DNA of 64,000 nucleotides from Candidatus Undinarchaeota archaeon (GTDB lineage: Archaea; SpSt-1190; JASMDC01): the NCBI GenBank assembly GCA_964519305.1, contig CAZFHY010000001.1:96001-160000 (forward strand), written 5' to 3'. A model generated the notes under the pieces. That model was not told the DNA's origin. It did no database searches and saw nothing but the letters and a program-made list of their open reading frames with translations. Made by a program: the position numbers and the translations under genes. Of this stretch, positions 1 through 9,876 are shown piece by piece (the stretch's first letter is position 1; each line of letters opens with the position of its first letter).

Positions 1-149
1 GAGCAACCGGACGCAAGGAGCGATGAAGCAACGGAGGCGAGGTTGACCGGGAACTCTACGACGTCCACGGGAGGTGTGTCGCCGAATAGTATGTCGCGGA
101 ACTGGTAGCAGCCCTGCGGCGGTGGATTGAGGAGGAGGATGCCTCCCAT
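1..149 (-). CDS. 5' part of a probable cobalamin-binding (B12) radical SAM protein; runs off the window edge
   Basis: Manual translation MGGILLLNPPPQGCYQFRDILFGDTPPVDVVEFPVNLASVASSLLASGC resembles the 'ILLxNPP...PxxLAxxAxxL..G' N-terminus of B12-binding domains; TATA-like CTTATAA at about 173-179. Confidence 0.5.
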   Translation of the reverse strand, partial: MGGILLLNPPPQGCYQFRDILFGDTPPVDVVEFPVNLASVASSLLASGC

Positions 150-196
150 ATAGGAATGACTACGCATGAATCCTTATAACGGTTGCCTCAGGGAAA

Positions 197-229
197 CGCG
201 GCCTTCCCCGAGCGTGTGGGAAGGCCGCG
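197..229. terminator. GC-rich hairpin just downstream of mscS
   Basis: Perfect 12-bp stem CGCGGCCTTCCC / GGGAAGGCCGCG with a 9-nt loop, just past the mscS stop. Confidence 0.55.
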
Positions 230-236
230 AATCCAC

Positions 237-1685
237 CTAGACCTTGTCCACGTGGACCTGGTACTCGATCTGCGTGGGGAAGGGTATCTTGATGCCCGCC
301 TTGTCGAAGCGCTTGAGCACCTCGGTGTTGATCTGGTGCTTGGTGCGCTTGATGTTCCCTTCGCTGGACCAGAACTCCACGTCGAAGATCAGTGCGAAGT
401 CCCCAAGCTCCACCAGGAACACCATGGGCGGCTTATGGCTCGTCTCCATGACGTCCTCGTTCTCGTGTAGGATATCATAGAGGATCTTCTCGGCCTTTTC
501 GAAGTCAGAATCATAGGAAATGCCGATATGCATTATCACCTTCTTCTCTGACGCCAGCTCCTTTGTGAGCTTGGAGGCCAGGGTCTGATTGTAGATGACC
601 CTCTCGGTGATACCTGCGTTGGGCACGGTGATGAGCTCGCCACTCACTGAGCGCAGTCTCATGTTCTTGAGGGACACGGTCTCTACGTAGCCCTCCACCC
701 CTGTGTCGAGCTTGATGTAGTCGCCCTTGCGGAACGGGCGGTCGAGGATGATGAACACACCCGAGAGGATGTTGGAGAGCGTGTCCTTGGCGGCAAAGGA
801 CAGGGCCAGTCCCATGAACGACATCCCTGCCAGCCATGCTGTGATATCGATGCCCGCTGCGGTGACCACGGTTAGGAAAAGTAGGAGCACGAACACGTAG
901 CGGGATACCTGACCGAACATCTGGCATACCTGGATGGCGTACTTCTTGTTCTCCTTCTCGGTGAGCGTCACCATCAGGCGCTCCTTTCCCCGGAAGTCGA
1001 TCTGCGACCAGATGACGTAGGAAACGAGCACTCCGAAGAATATCTTGACGAGGATGAGCCCGAGGTTGAGCGCGTGGCCCACAAGGAAACCGGTGAACAC
1101 CTCTACCTCCTGGAACGCGATCACGAGGCCCATAAGGTAGATCAGCAGGGAGAGCGGGTAGCCTCCCGACACGAACAGGAGGTCGTCGTACTCGAAGTCC
1201 GGTGTGAAGGCCTTAGCGTACTGGAGCCCTTCTGTCTCCAAGGTGGCCCTGAACAGTGATGCGAAAAAACCGGCGACCAGCATGATAGCACAGACCTTCA
1301 GCAAGCTGGTGACGATAATGAAGGAGTTGTCGGCAAGCTCCGCCCTCTTTGCGGCGAGCAGTTCCGGTGTGGAGAACTGGACCGGGTCCAGGCCTGCCTC
1401 CATGAGCATGGGGATCACATCGAGGAAATGGAGAGCCATGATGATGCCCACACCCCAGATGAACAGCCGGGCCGGCGTCTCGAAGTACTCTACGAACCGG
1501 TCATCCAGCTCCGTGGCGACCAGCTTGCTCTCCGCCAGTGTGCGGAGCGCCTCCCAAAGCTTTGTGAGGATCCGCTGCTGGATGAAGTAGGTAAGGATGA
1601 GGATGAGGATCGACACAAGACCTTTGATACGGTTGAACCCGTCGGCTAGGAGCTCTTGTATGATCCATGAATCCACGAGTGCCAT
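237..1685 (-). CDS. mscS: Small-conductance mechanosensitive channel with extended N-terminal membrane region
   Basis: GLALSFAAKDTLSNILSGVFIILDRPFRKGDYI, ITVPN and IPFP motifs; multiple TM helices. Confidence 0.92.
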   Translation of the reverse strand: MALVDSWIIQELLADGFNRIKGLVSILILILTYFIQQRILTKLWEALRTLAESKLVATELDDRFVEYFETPARLFIWGVGIIMALHFLDVIPMLMEAGLDPVQFSTPELLAAKRAELADNSFIIVTSLLKVCAIMLVAGFFASLFRATLETEGLQYAKAFTPDFEYDDLLFVSGGYPLSLLIYLMGLVIAFQEVEVFTGFLVGHALNLGLILVKIFFGVLVSYVIWSQIDFRGKERLMVTLTEKENKKYAIQVCQMFGQVSRYVFVLLLFLTVVTAAGIDITAWLAGMSFMGLALSFAAKDTLSNILSGVFIILDRPFRKGDYIKLDTGVEGYVETVSLKNMRLRSVSGELITVPNAGITERVIYNQTLASKLTKELASEKKVIMHIGISYDSDFEKAEKILYDILHENEDVMETSHKPPMVFLVELGDFALIFDVEFWSSEGNIKRTKHQINTEVLKRFDKAGIKIPFPTQIEYQVHVDKV

Positions 1686-1786
1686 GGCCCGGACCTCACC
1701 CTGTAGATATAAATCCGTTTCGTACGAGGGCGGGGACCGCGCTCACGCTGGGAGACGAACCATGAGGGGAGCGGAACGCGCCCCCC

Positions 1787-2353
1787 TCAGATCTGAGCGA
1801 AGATGTCCTCTTCGGAGAGTGTGGCCCAGTCGGTTATCTCGCCGTCAGCGTCCACGATGACCTTGTACTTCTTCTTCTTCCCTTCGAAGTAGATGTGCCA
1901 GGTCTTGACCTCACGGATGGACTTGTACGGCTTCAGGCGCCCATCGCTCACACGCTTCTTGATGTAATTCTGGGCGAGGTTCTCAGCGTCCTGGACAGTG
2001 AGTCCCTTACGCACTCTGCGAATGTACTCGCGTCGAGCCTCCTCGATCTCCAGAGCGCGCTTCTTCTTGAGCTTGCGATTGATTGCACGGTAGCCAACCC
2101 AGACGACAGACACCAATAAGAGCACTGCACCAAGGGTATACAATTGGTCTATCTCACCAGGAATCCCCGTGAGTTGGCCGGTCTCCTTCAGATAGCCTGC
2201 AGCCCCCAGGACCACACCCGCAACGAGCATGATCTTGATGACGTTGTTGGTCTCGGAGAGGAAGTCCCGGACGGTCAGACTAAGGCTGTCCAGAACGAGC
2301 CAAACCAAGAAAAAGGCGAATAGTACAAGTACACCCAGTATTAGGGGCTCCAT
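1787..2353 (-). CDS. Membrane protein (3 TM) with a C-terminal PepSY-like small domain
   Basis: Hydrophobic N-terminal half; C-terminus 'LTVQDAENLAQNYI...WHIYF...YKVIVDADGEI' resembles the PepSY pattern. Confidence 0.6.
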   Translation of the reverse strand: MEPLILGVLVLFAFFLVWLVLDSLSLTVRDFLSETNNVIKIMLVAGVVLGAAGYLKETGQLTGIPGEIDQLYTLGAVLLLVSVVWVGYRAINRKLKKKRALEIEEARREYIRRVRKGLTVQDAENLAQNYIKKRVSDGRLKPYKSIREVKTWHIYFEGKKKKYKVIVDADGEITDWATLSEEDIFAQI

Positions 2354-2493
2354 GGTGTCACCTAGTGATAGTAAGTCCCTAAGGGGTTATATATAGTTTG
2401 CGAAACGAACCGCCGGGCCCCGGGAGTGCGTTCTCCTGTTCTTGAATCCTGTCCGGTCCCTTAATAAATCTTACCTCCCACCCACCACCGGCG

Positions 2494-3477
2494 ATGAGGC
2501 TCAGGAACAAGGCCAGAGCGGGATGGGCAATACTCAAGGCCCACCTCTTCGGCACCAAGACTCCTGTCTCGGTCGTGCTCATGAGCAACGACTCGTGCAA
2601 CCTCAAGTGCAAATACTGTGCCATCTGGAAGACCAAGCGACGTCAGATGACCACCAAGGAGCTCCTTGACCTCGTGGACGAACTGGCTGACATGGGTTGC
2701 GTTCGCATATCCATCTTCGGTGGCGAACCGCTCGTCCGTGATGACATCGGTCAGATCGTCGACCATATCCATAAGCGCGGTATCAACGTCGGTCTGGGTT
2801 CGAACGGGATCCTCGTTCCCAAGAAGATCGACCAGTTGAAGGATCTGGACCATCTTCATATCAGTCTGGACGGTCCCGAGGACTACCATGATATCCAGCG
2901 CGGAAAGGGGAGCCATGCCTCGGCCATCCGTGCCATCAAGGCCGGGAAGAAGGCAGGTCTCACCGTATGGACTATGACCGTGCTCACCAAGCACAACCTC
3001 CAAGTGGTCGACTACATGCTGGATCTTGCTGACGAGCATGACATGATCGCCTACTTCCATCCGGTCTCTCCGCGGGCAGACTCTGGACCCTATGTAAAGG
3101 ACCTCGTCCCGCCGCTCGATGCATATCGAGCCACGATCGAGCTCATCCTCAAGCGTAAGGCCGAGGGACGGAGGGTGGGTAACTCAACGACTGCCCTGAA
3201 CTACTTCCTGCACTTCCCCAAGCAGACGATGGACTTCAGGTGCTGGGCAGGCAAGCTGTTCTGTCACATCGATGCGAACGGCGATGTGTTCGGGTGCCTG
3301 GAGAACAAGGACAAGTCTCCGCCCAACAACCTCCTTGACAAGGGATTCCGCAAAGCGTGGGACGAGATCACGAGAGGACCATGCCCGGGATGTTGGAGCT
3401 ATTCCACGTCCGACTTCAACTTCCTGTTCTCCCTCGAGCCCCATGTCATCTGGAACACCATCAAGCTGACCCGTTGA
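2494..3477 (+). CDS. Radical SAM protein with Twitch/SPASM-like C-terminus
   Basis: CNLKCKYC, GGEP, ISLDG, CWAGKLFCHIDANGDVFGC...CPGC. Confidence 0.9.
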   Translation: MRLRNKARAGWAILKAHLFGTKTPVSVVLMSNDSCNLKCKYCAIWKTKRRQMTTKELLDLVDELADMGCVRISIFGGEPLVRDDIGQIVDHIHKRGINVGLGSNGILVPKKIDQLKDLDHLHISLDGPEDYHDIQRGKGSHASAIRAIKAGKKAGLTVWTMTVLTKHNLQVVDYMLDLADEHDMIAYFHPVSPRADSGPYVKDLVPPLDAYRATIELILKRKAEGRRVGNSTTALNYFLHFPKQTMDFRCWAGKLFCHIDANGDVFGCLENKDKSPPNNLLDKGFRKAWDEITRGPCPGCWSYSTSDFNFLFSLEPHVIWNTIKLTR

Positions 3478-3491
3478 TATGGCCGGGATGT

Positions 3492-4304
3492 TCATTCCTT
3501 CGTTGCCAGGAGCGAGAACATCAATGGGACGGAGCCCTTCTGTCCTTTGAGCCGCCACCACCCGTCCTCGCCCTCCTCCATGAAGGGGAAGTAGGCGTAG
3601 GTGCACACGGGATGCTCTTCGAGCCGCTTGATCCGAAGGCCGGCACCTGCGAGGGCCGATACCACGTCCCCCAGAGTGTGGGTCCACTCGTACGATGGAC
3701 CGGGTACGGTGATGGACGGATCTGCGTATGAGGGAAGACCGTCCCATCGCACGGGCCCATCGCCGGGGAAATAGGAGCTGGCCACCTCGAGACGGTCCGC
3801 ACCACCTTCGCTGTGGAACGTCGTGAGGAATGGGTGGAAGTCGGCGATGAAGAAGGTACCCCCCGGCTCAAGGGATTGGGCGATAACCTGGGCCCAGCGC
3901 TCGAGGTCCGGCAGCCAGCACAGCACCCCATATGAGGTGAAAACGATGTCGAACGTCCCGTCCAGCACGTCGGGGAGATCATCCACCGCGGCCTGCACGA
4001 ACGTGGCGTCGATACCCTGCTCACTGGCCAGGGAACGCGCCAGCTCGATGGCCTTGCCGGAGATGTCCACGCCCGTCACCGTCGCACCGAGCCGGGCCCA
4101 TGAAAGGGTGTCGAGCCCGAAGTGGCACTGGAGATGGAGAAGACGCTTGCCCTTCACGTTACCCAGCGCCTCGCGCTCGATGCTCCGAAGGGTGCTCTTC
4201 CCCGACCTGAATCCCTCAACGTCGTAATACGCGGACCGGGCGTTGATCGCGACCAGCCCATCCCAGAGCCGCTTATTGGCCTCCAAGGGGGTCTCACTGC
4301 TCAT
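3492..4304 (-). CDS. Class I SAM-dependent methyltransferase
   Basis: LLHLQCHFGLDT, TGVDIS and FDIVFTSYGVLCWLPDL motifs. Confidence 0.9.
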   Translation of the reverse strand: MSSETPLEANKRLWDGLVAINARSAYYDVEGFRSGKSTLRSIEREALGNVKGKRLLHLQCHFGLDTLSWARLGATVTGVDISGKAIELARSLASEQGIDATFVQAAVDDLPDVLDGTFDIVFTSYGVLCWLPDLERWAQVIAQSLEPGGTFFIADFHPFLTTFHSEGGADRLEVASSYFPGDGPVRWDGLPSYADPSITVPGPSYEWTHTLGDVVSALAGAGLRIKRLEEHPVCTYAYFPFMEEGEDGWWRLKGQKGSVPLMFSLLATKE

Positions 4305-4615
4305 CCGGTGACCTCGTCCACCCAGTCAAGATAGGGTTTGTGCCCGGCCTCTATAGGGAGGACCAGCACGCACGGTACATCGTAGGAGTGGAGCTCGACG
4401 ATGCGTGCCATGGCCTTCTCCACCAGGTCCGCACGCGTCTTGGCGAACAGCACGGTCTCGGTGTCGTGCTGGACTGCGCCCTCCCATCGATAGACGGACC
4501 GGACCGGGACCATTGTGACGCAGGCCACGAGCCGTTCCTCCACCAAGGTGGTGGCGATGGCCTCGGCCTCGTTCTCATCAGAAGCGGTGATATAGAGCAT
4601 GCGATACATCGGCAT
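4301..4615 (-). CDS. cutA: Divalent-cation tolerance protein CutA
   Basis: LVEERLVAC, SVYRWEG, HSYDVPC. Confidence 0.95.
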   Translation of the reverse strand: MPMYRMLYITASDENEAEAIATTLVEERLVACVTMVPVRSVYRWEGAVQHDTETVLFAKTRADLVEKAMARIVELHSYDVPCVLVLPIEAGHKPYLDWVDEVTG

Positions 4616-4678
4616 CCCCGTTGCAGGTCGTTCTGGCCAGGCTTATAAGATTACCTCACGACCGGGACCGGACGGCCC

Positions 4679-5839
4679 TCACCCGTGATACCCATAGCGG
4701 CGCAAGGCCTCGATGAAGTCAGGGCCGAGCACCTTCGCCTGCCATCGCCGCAAGCCCTCAATGCCTTCGAGCTCCTCCGGTCGTCGGGGGTCCACGCGCG
4801 CCACCTCGTACATCACCTGTGTCGGGCACAGCACACCCGGATCGAGTTGAAGCTCGGACGATTTGGCCTCCCGCACGGGTTTGAGCGCCTCGTCGACCCG
4901 ACGCTCCACCGAGCGCGTGCGGCTCTTGCCCTTTCGCTTCGGTGGTAGGGGGAGCTTGGACTCGGGTACGTTCATCCCCGTCTTGACCGCGGCTATGACC
5001 TGGCGGCCCAGACGTCGGACCAGCCAGTCCCGGACGTCCGGTACTCGGGAAAGTTCCTCCAGGCTCCGGGGGCGGGCCTCGGTGATCGCGCCGAGTAGAC
5101 GGTTCCCCACTACCTTGAAATGAGGGACGTCACGCTTCCGGGCTATATGGTCCCGCATCTTGAGCAGGCTCTCGAGCACGGCAAGTCCTCGCCGGTCGAA
5201 CTTCCCAAGGCCCTTGAAGGAATATAGGAGCGACGCCTTGGGGTCCACATAGGGTGCACAATCGCAAGCGAGCGCGAACTCTTCCCGCGCCCACTCCATG
5301 CGTCCCTTCTCCTCAAGTCGCTTAGCGAGTATGTCCCGCAGCTGGAGGAGATGGTGGGTGTCCCTGATTGCGTACTCCAGCATGTCGTGACTGAGCGGCC
5401 GTCGTGACCAGTCGGCCTTCTGGAACCGCTTGTCCACCTCGATCCCCAGCAGGTCACCGAGCAACGATGCCAGGCCCACTGCCTCGAACCCGAGGAGCTG
5501 GGCGGCGAGCTGTGTCTCGAAGAGGTTACGGATGGTTATCCCCTGCATCGCCAGGAGCCTGACATCGTATGCACAACCGTGGAACACCTTTTCCACGGAG
5601 GGGTCGGCCAGTATACGCCCCAATGGCCCAAGGTCGTCCATGGCCAGAGCGTCCACAATGAAGTTCTCCTCCGGCGTGGATATCTGGATGAGGCACAGTT
5701 TCTCATCGTAATGGTGCAGTCCGTCCGCTTCCAGGTCCACGGCGAACACGGGATGATGTGCCAACACCACGGTCAGGGGCTCTAGGTCCTCCTGGTTCTC
5801 GATGATGGTAGCTGAGACCTGCTCGGTCGCGAGGGTCAT
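4679..5839 (-). CDS. rnd: Ribonuclease D (DEDDy exonuclease plus HRDC domains)
   Basis: AVDLEADG, LCLIQI, KVFH, QKADWSRRPL, YAIRD; C-terminal HRDC-like segments. Confidence 0.88.
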   Translation of the reverse strand: MTLATEQVSATIIENQEDLEPLTVVLAHHPVFAVDLEADGLHHYDEKLCLIQISTPEENFIVDALAMDDLGPLGRILADPSVEKVFHGCAYDVRLLAMQGITIRNLFETQLAAQLLGFEAVGLASLLGDLLGIEVDKRFQKADWSRRPLSHDMLEYAIRDTHHLLQLRDILAKRLEEKGRMEWAREEFALACDCAPYVDPKASLLYSFKGLGKFDRRGLAVLESLLKMRDHIARKRDVPHFKVVGNRLLGAITEARPRSLEELSRVPDVRDWLVRRLGRQVIAAVKTGMNVPESKLPLPPKRKGKSRTRSVERRVDEALKPVREAKSSELQLDPGVLCPTQVMYEVARVDPRRPEELEGIEGLRRWQAKVLGPDFIEALRRYGYHG

Positions 5840-5942
5840 CTTGTCATCTCCGTATATCCTGTTCGGGAAGGCCAGCTTGGCTTACGAGGATACCTCGACG
5901 ATGATGACTTATATATCGTTGGGACCGCGCGATGATGCGGGA

Positions 5943-6224
5943 TCACGCCTCTGGTTTGGCCAACGTGATGGCGATCGTCGATACGTTGATGTTCCTACCG
6001 TCCTCTGCGATGAGGTGCTCGGTGGAGATCTCGATCTTTGTGTCCTTGACACCCGGCATGGCCCGGTTCTTGACGATCTCGGCAACGTCAACAGCACGTG
6101 TGATCGACTTGCCACGAGCCTTGAGACAGACCTCTTCGGCTCCGCTCTGGAACTGGGTCAAGACCGCCATGACGTAGCTCATGGGCGGTTTAATACCTAC
6201 AAATACTACGTACTCATCCGTCAT
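5943..6224 (-). CDS. albA: DNA/RNA-binding protein Alba
   Basis: VFVGIKPPMSYVMAV, LKARGKSITRAVDVAE, NVSTIAITL. Confidence 0.95.
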   Translation of the reverse strand: MTDEYVVFVGIKPPMSYVMAVLTQFQSGAEEVCLKARGKSITRAVDVAEIVKNRAMPGVKDTKIEISTEHLIAEDGRNINVSTIAITLAKPEA

Positions 6225-6294
6225 CGATATCCTTCCTGTGTCGTCGCCGTTGTCGTTGATCGTTGTCGTCGTTGCCCGATGCCGGATTCAGTGC

Positions 6295-7155
6295 TCACAG
6301 GAGTATAGGCCAATCCTGGGAGCGCTGGAAACGCCCCTCCGGAGGAGTGGCCTCAGGGGCGTCCTCCTTCTCCTCGATGACCCTCGGTTCTGCGTCGTAG
6401 ATATTGAAGAGGGCGTTGTAGGTGAGGTCACCCACTTCCGCGAGCTGGTCCGGGTTGTTGTTCTCGGGTTTATCATTTGGCGAGTGGATATCGGGGATTG
6501 AGTGCCCTTCCATGCGGCAGATAAAGGTGGCGTCGATCCCGGCCTTGATAAGGGCGGCCTGGTCGCTGGCACCGAAGCCGATGGAACGCTCCTCATAGGT
6601 GATGCCCATGGAGTCGGCGGTCTTCTCGATCTCCTCATTGATCCACGGGGTGGTCTTTCCGTAGTAGTCCTTGGTGATGATGACGAGGTCGGAGCCGTTA
6701 CCAATGCAGTCGAGGTTGACGGCACCCTTGATGTAGGACTTGTCCTCCTCGCTGAGAGAGGCCGCGTACTTGCGTGCACCGATGAGCCCCTTCTCCTCAA
6801 GACCGAAGGATGCGAACCTGATGTTGATCTTGGCCTCGTTGCGCACGAGCGCGTCGGCTAGCTCAAGGAGCATCACCGAGCCCGAACCGTTATCGTTGGC
6901 GCCAGGTGAGTTGGAAACGGTGTCGTGGTGGGCGCAAACGACAAGGTACTGGTCGGAGTCCGGGTCGCCGCGGTAGTCCGCGAACACGTTCTCGTCCTCG
7001 TTGGAGTACCAGCTGATGGGGGTCACTTCAGTGGCAAGGCCCAGCGCCTCGAACTGCTCGCGCATGTACTCACCACGTCCGGTGTTATCCTCTATCTCGC
7101 ATAGCTCGTAGAGATGGGCTATGGCCGCATCTCCATCTATAATACTCTCATACAT
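6295..7155 (-). CDS. M28 family metallopeptidase/aminopeptidase (start refined to MYESII)
   Basis: AHHDT, PGANDNGSG, EEKGLIG, VNLDCIG, SD and IHSPND zinc-binding motifs. Confidence 0.85.
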   Translation of the reverse strand: MYESIIDGDAAIAHLYELCEIEDNTGRGEYMREQFEALGLATEVTPISWYSNEDENVFADYRGDPDSDQYLVVCAHHDTVSNSPGANDNGSGSVMLLELADALVRNEAKINIRFASFGLEEKGLIGARKYAASLSEEDKSYIKGAVNLDCIGNGSDLVIITKDYYGKTTPWINEEIEKTADSMGITYEERSIGFGASDQAALIKAGIDATFICRMEGHSIPDIHSPNDKPENNNPDQLAEVGDLTYNALFNIYDAEPRVIEEKEDAPEATPPEGRFQRSQDWPILL

Positions 7156-7225
7156 AGCAGTATCCCCGTCAGCCAATTCCAGCAGGGTCCGATGCTTTAA
7201 TATCTTTCCCTCGAAAGGATAGACG

Positions 7226-7552
7226 ATGCCGAAGTTGACGTGCCCCGCCTGCGGGCACGGGTGCTGGGTGGAATCGAGACTGTTCACCATCGTCAAGTGC
7301 CCTCAGTGCGAGGACCCGTTCGTCGTTAGCGAACGGGATGGAGAGCTCGTGGCCCAACCGGCCTTGTGCACCGGGTGTGGAAAGGACACACACCCGGACC
7401 AACTTTCCCAGAGATGGGACTCAGGGTACGGCTGGGGCCTCTTGTGCCAAGAATGTCAGGAGGAATGGGACCGGGAGTTCCCGACAATGACACTTGAGGG
7501 CGCTGTCGCCCGGTTGCGAGAGGATAACGGGCTACCGAAATGGAGGGCGTGA
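7226..7552 (+). CDS. Small double zinc-ribbon protein
   Basis: Four CxxC pairs (CPAC, CPQC, CTGC, CQEC); TTTAATAT about 25 nt upstream. Confidence 0.65.
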   Translation: MPKLTCPACGHGCWVESRLFTIVKCPQCEDPFVVSERDGELVAQPALCTGCGKDTHPDQLSQRWDSGYGWGLLCQECQEEWDREFPTMTLEGAVARLREDNGLPKWRA

Positions 7553-9876
7553 TGCCCCTGCGCGTTCACCGCGCACGAACGGTCGTGCTCGTCCTCCTCG
7601 TGTTGCTCGGGTGCGGTGCTGCGATCTCAGTGGACGGTACCTCCGAGGAATGGGACCATTCGAAGGCCGTGCAGGACCCTGCTGATGACACGCTCCTGGA
7701 CGTCCCAGGCCTCGACATAAGCTCGTTCTCCGTAGAGGTCGACAACGATACGGTCTACCTGATGGTCGGTACATGGTACCCGCTCCGTTCCGATGACCTC
7801 CTCCTAGAGCTAACTCTGGGGGATATGGTGTTGAACATTGACGGAAAAGGAGCGCGGTGGTGGCGGGACGGGACGGACTACCCGCCGGTCTGGATCGAGG
7901 AGGCCCAGGTGGCCTTCGACGAGGTCATCGAGCTGTCCATCCCTCGCTCGAAGGTACGGGGCGACCCGTTACATATCGAGCGCCTGAACCTCTGGGTCTC
8001 GGGTGACACCAGCGCGGCGGACGTGGCGGATGCCTGTCCCTTGAGTTTCGGAGAGCACCAAATCGCTCCCGTCCTCGCCGGGGTACATCAGGTCGACGGG
8101 CTCGCCAGCGAGTGGGGTGCGCCAATAGCACGTGACAGGGAGGGCGATGCTCCCGGACCGGACAGGGACATCTCTGCGATATACCTCGAGGTAGAGGGGG
8201 AGGACCTACATCTCGCCATGTCCACTGCAGGTGACAGTGTGCCGCTCAACGCCATGTTGGAGCTCACGCTCGGGGACGCAATCCTCAACATCGATCGAGA
8301 GGGAGTGCGTTGGTACGACAAGGGTACCGAGTTCCCGCCGCGGAAGCTCGAGGGGGCCGCGGTCGCCCTCGGCGAGCTGTTCGAGGTGAAGCTACCGATC
8401 GAGCACGTCCTCATAGGTGATGTGGTATACATCGAGCGCCTGAACCTCTGGACGGAGGGGCGTCCTGACGATCAGGGTGATTTCGCTCCATTGGCGTTCA
8501 ACACGACGACCAACACCATAGCCGATCCCGTCGCCTCCCTTTCCGTCGATATAAGACACGGAAAAGGCACCCATCTGGAGGTCAAGCTGACCGTCGAGGG
8601 TGCCGATGGCTTTGTGGACATGGGGTTCTTTCGTGGCACCTGCCCATTCGTCCGGCAACCGGCGGGAGGACGCGCTCGGGGCCGTGGGACATGTGGGTTC
8701 AGGATCACCCTCCCCTCCGCGCCCGTGTATTACACGGTCGACCTTGAGACCATTCAAGGGAGCGATCCGTTCGCACGGCTCGCTAACGATGTATGGGTCA
8801 TCCCGCTAGCGGTGCTGCTACCAGAAGTACGCAACGCCCGGATCTCCGAGGTGTCCCTGCACTTCGACCTACCGGATGGTTGGAACGCCGTTGCACCGAT
8901 GGTCCAGAACGAACCGGGGGTCTTTTTCGCACAGGGATTGCCGTTCACGGAGGTGCGGATGCTACGTGTCCTGCTCGGTCGGTTCGAGCGCTTGGACGAC
9001 AGGATAGAGGATGTGAGCTTCTCCCTCTTCCACGCAGGTATCCCTGCCGAACGCGTCAAGCTGTCCGTGGAGCGTATCAAGCGATACCTCCCCTATTGTC
9101 AGAAGGTGTTCGGTGAGTGGCCGGGTGGTGACCTCTCCGTTGTCGTCATCGGTCCACGCGATCCCTCATCAGGTTTCTGCCACGGGGTGGTCGAAGGTGG
9201 TATGGTGGTCGTCGACGCGCGACAACAGTGCAACGAGGAGGCTCACGAGGTCGTCCATCTCTGGATGATGGGCTCCATCCGCATCGCATCTCTCAAGGAC
9301 CGATGGCTCGGCGAAGGTGTGGCAGAGTACTATGGCCTCAAGACACGGCTGATGACCGATGAGTGGGACGAAGCGAGATTTCTCAGTGAACTGCGCGAGC
9401 GTGCAGCCCAGCCGCCAGGTTGGTACGTGGACCTCGTGAACGCCGGTGAACGGAGCGAGACCGATCCCCAGGCCGTCCAGGCCCTCTATGCAAAAGGTGC
9501 ACTTGCCATCTACCTGCTAGATAAGGAGATGGTCGAAAAGACGGGGGATGTGCGTGGGCTCGACCTCCTCATGCAGCGCCTGTACAATGAGTATGGACGA
9601 ACCGGACGGGCGGTCACGACGAGCGATGTCATCGAAGAGGCATCGTCCATAGTGGGCGAGGACCTAGGGCCGTTCATCCGGGCCCTGCTCGACGGCACAG
9701 CGCCGATCCCGGAAGAGCTAACTCCCTCCCTGGCAGCCGTGAAGGCCGATCCTAGTGACGAGAGGTGCGAGATAGAGCTGGCCCGACTCCAGAGGCGGGA
9801 ACGTTCGCTGCTCGTACTGCTCGCCCTACTCGCAGTATTCGCACTTCGGAGAGGCCGACAGGTGAGCGAGGACTAG
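7540..9876 (+). CDS. Secreted, C-terminally anchored gluzincin metallopeptidase (M1/M61-like) with two tandem N-terminal beta domains
   Basis: Signal peptide; HEVVH plus WLGEGVAEY; YAKGAL; internal duplication (LELTLGD...NID..G.RW...GT.[YF]PP...IERLNLW twice); C-terminal TM. Confidence 0.8.
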   Translation: MEGVMPLRVHRARTVVLVLLVLLGCGAAISVDGTSEEWDHSKAVQDPADDTLLDVPGLDISSFSVEVDNDTVYLMVGTWYPLRSDDLLLELTLGDMVLNIDGKGARWWRDGTDYPPVWIEEAQVAFDEVIELSIPRSKVRGDPLHIERLNLWVSGDTSAADVADACPLSFGEHQIAPVLAGVHQVDGLASEWGAPIARDREGDAPGPDRDISAIYLEVEGEDLHLAMSTAGDSVPLNAMLELTLGDAILNIDREGVRWYDKGTEFPPRKLEGAAVALGELFEVKLPIEHVLIGDVVYIERLNLWTEGRPDDQGDFAPLAFNTTTNTIADPVASLSVDIRHGKGTHLEVKLTVEGADGFVDMGFFRGTCPFVRQPAGGRARGRGTCGFRITLPSAPVYYTVDLETIQGSDPFARLANDVWVIPLAVLLPEVRNARISEVSLHFDLPDGWNAVAPMVQNEPGVFFAQGLPFTEVRMLRVLLGRFERLDDRIEDVSFSLFHAGIPAERVKLSVERIKRYLPYCQKVFGEWPGGDLSVVVIGPRDPSSGFCHGVVEGGMVVVDARQQCNEEAHEVVHLWMMGSIRIASLKDRWLGEGVAEYYGLKTRLMTDEWDEARFLSELRERAAQPPGWYVDLVNAGERSETDPQAVQALYAKGALAIYLLDKEMVEKTGDVRGLDLLMQRLYNEYGRTGRAVTTSDVIEEASSIVGEDLGPFIRALLDGTAPIPEELTPSLAAVKADPSDERCEIELARLQRRERSLLVLLALLAVFALRRGRQVSED

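Noticed and set aside
2494-3477. Radical SAM as part of the hxs system
   Set aside because: It is 6 kb away behind housekeeping genes and has a different auxiliary-Cys pattern.
6236-6280. ACGAC/AACGA low-complexity repeats upstream of alba
   Set aside because: No in-frame start for an N-terminal extension, and too short and degenerate to call an element.
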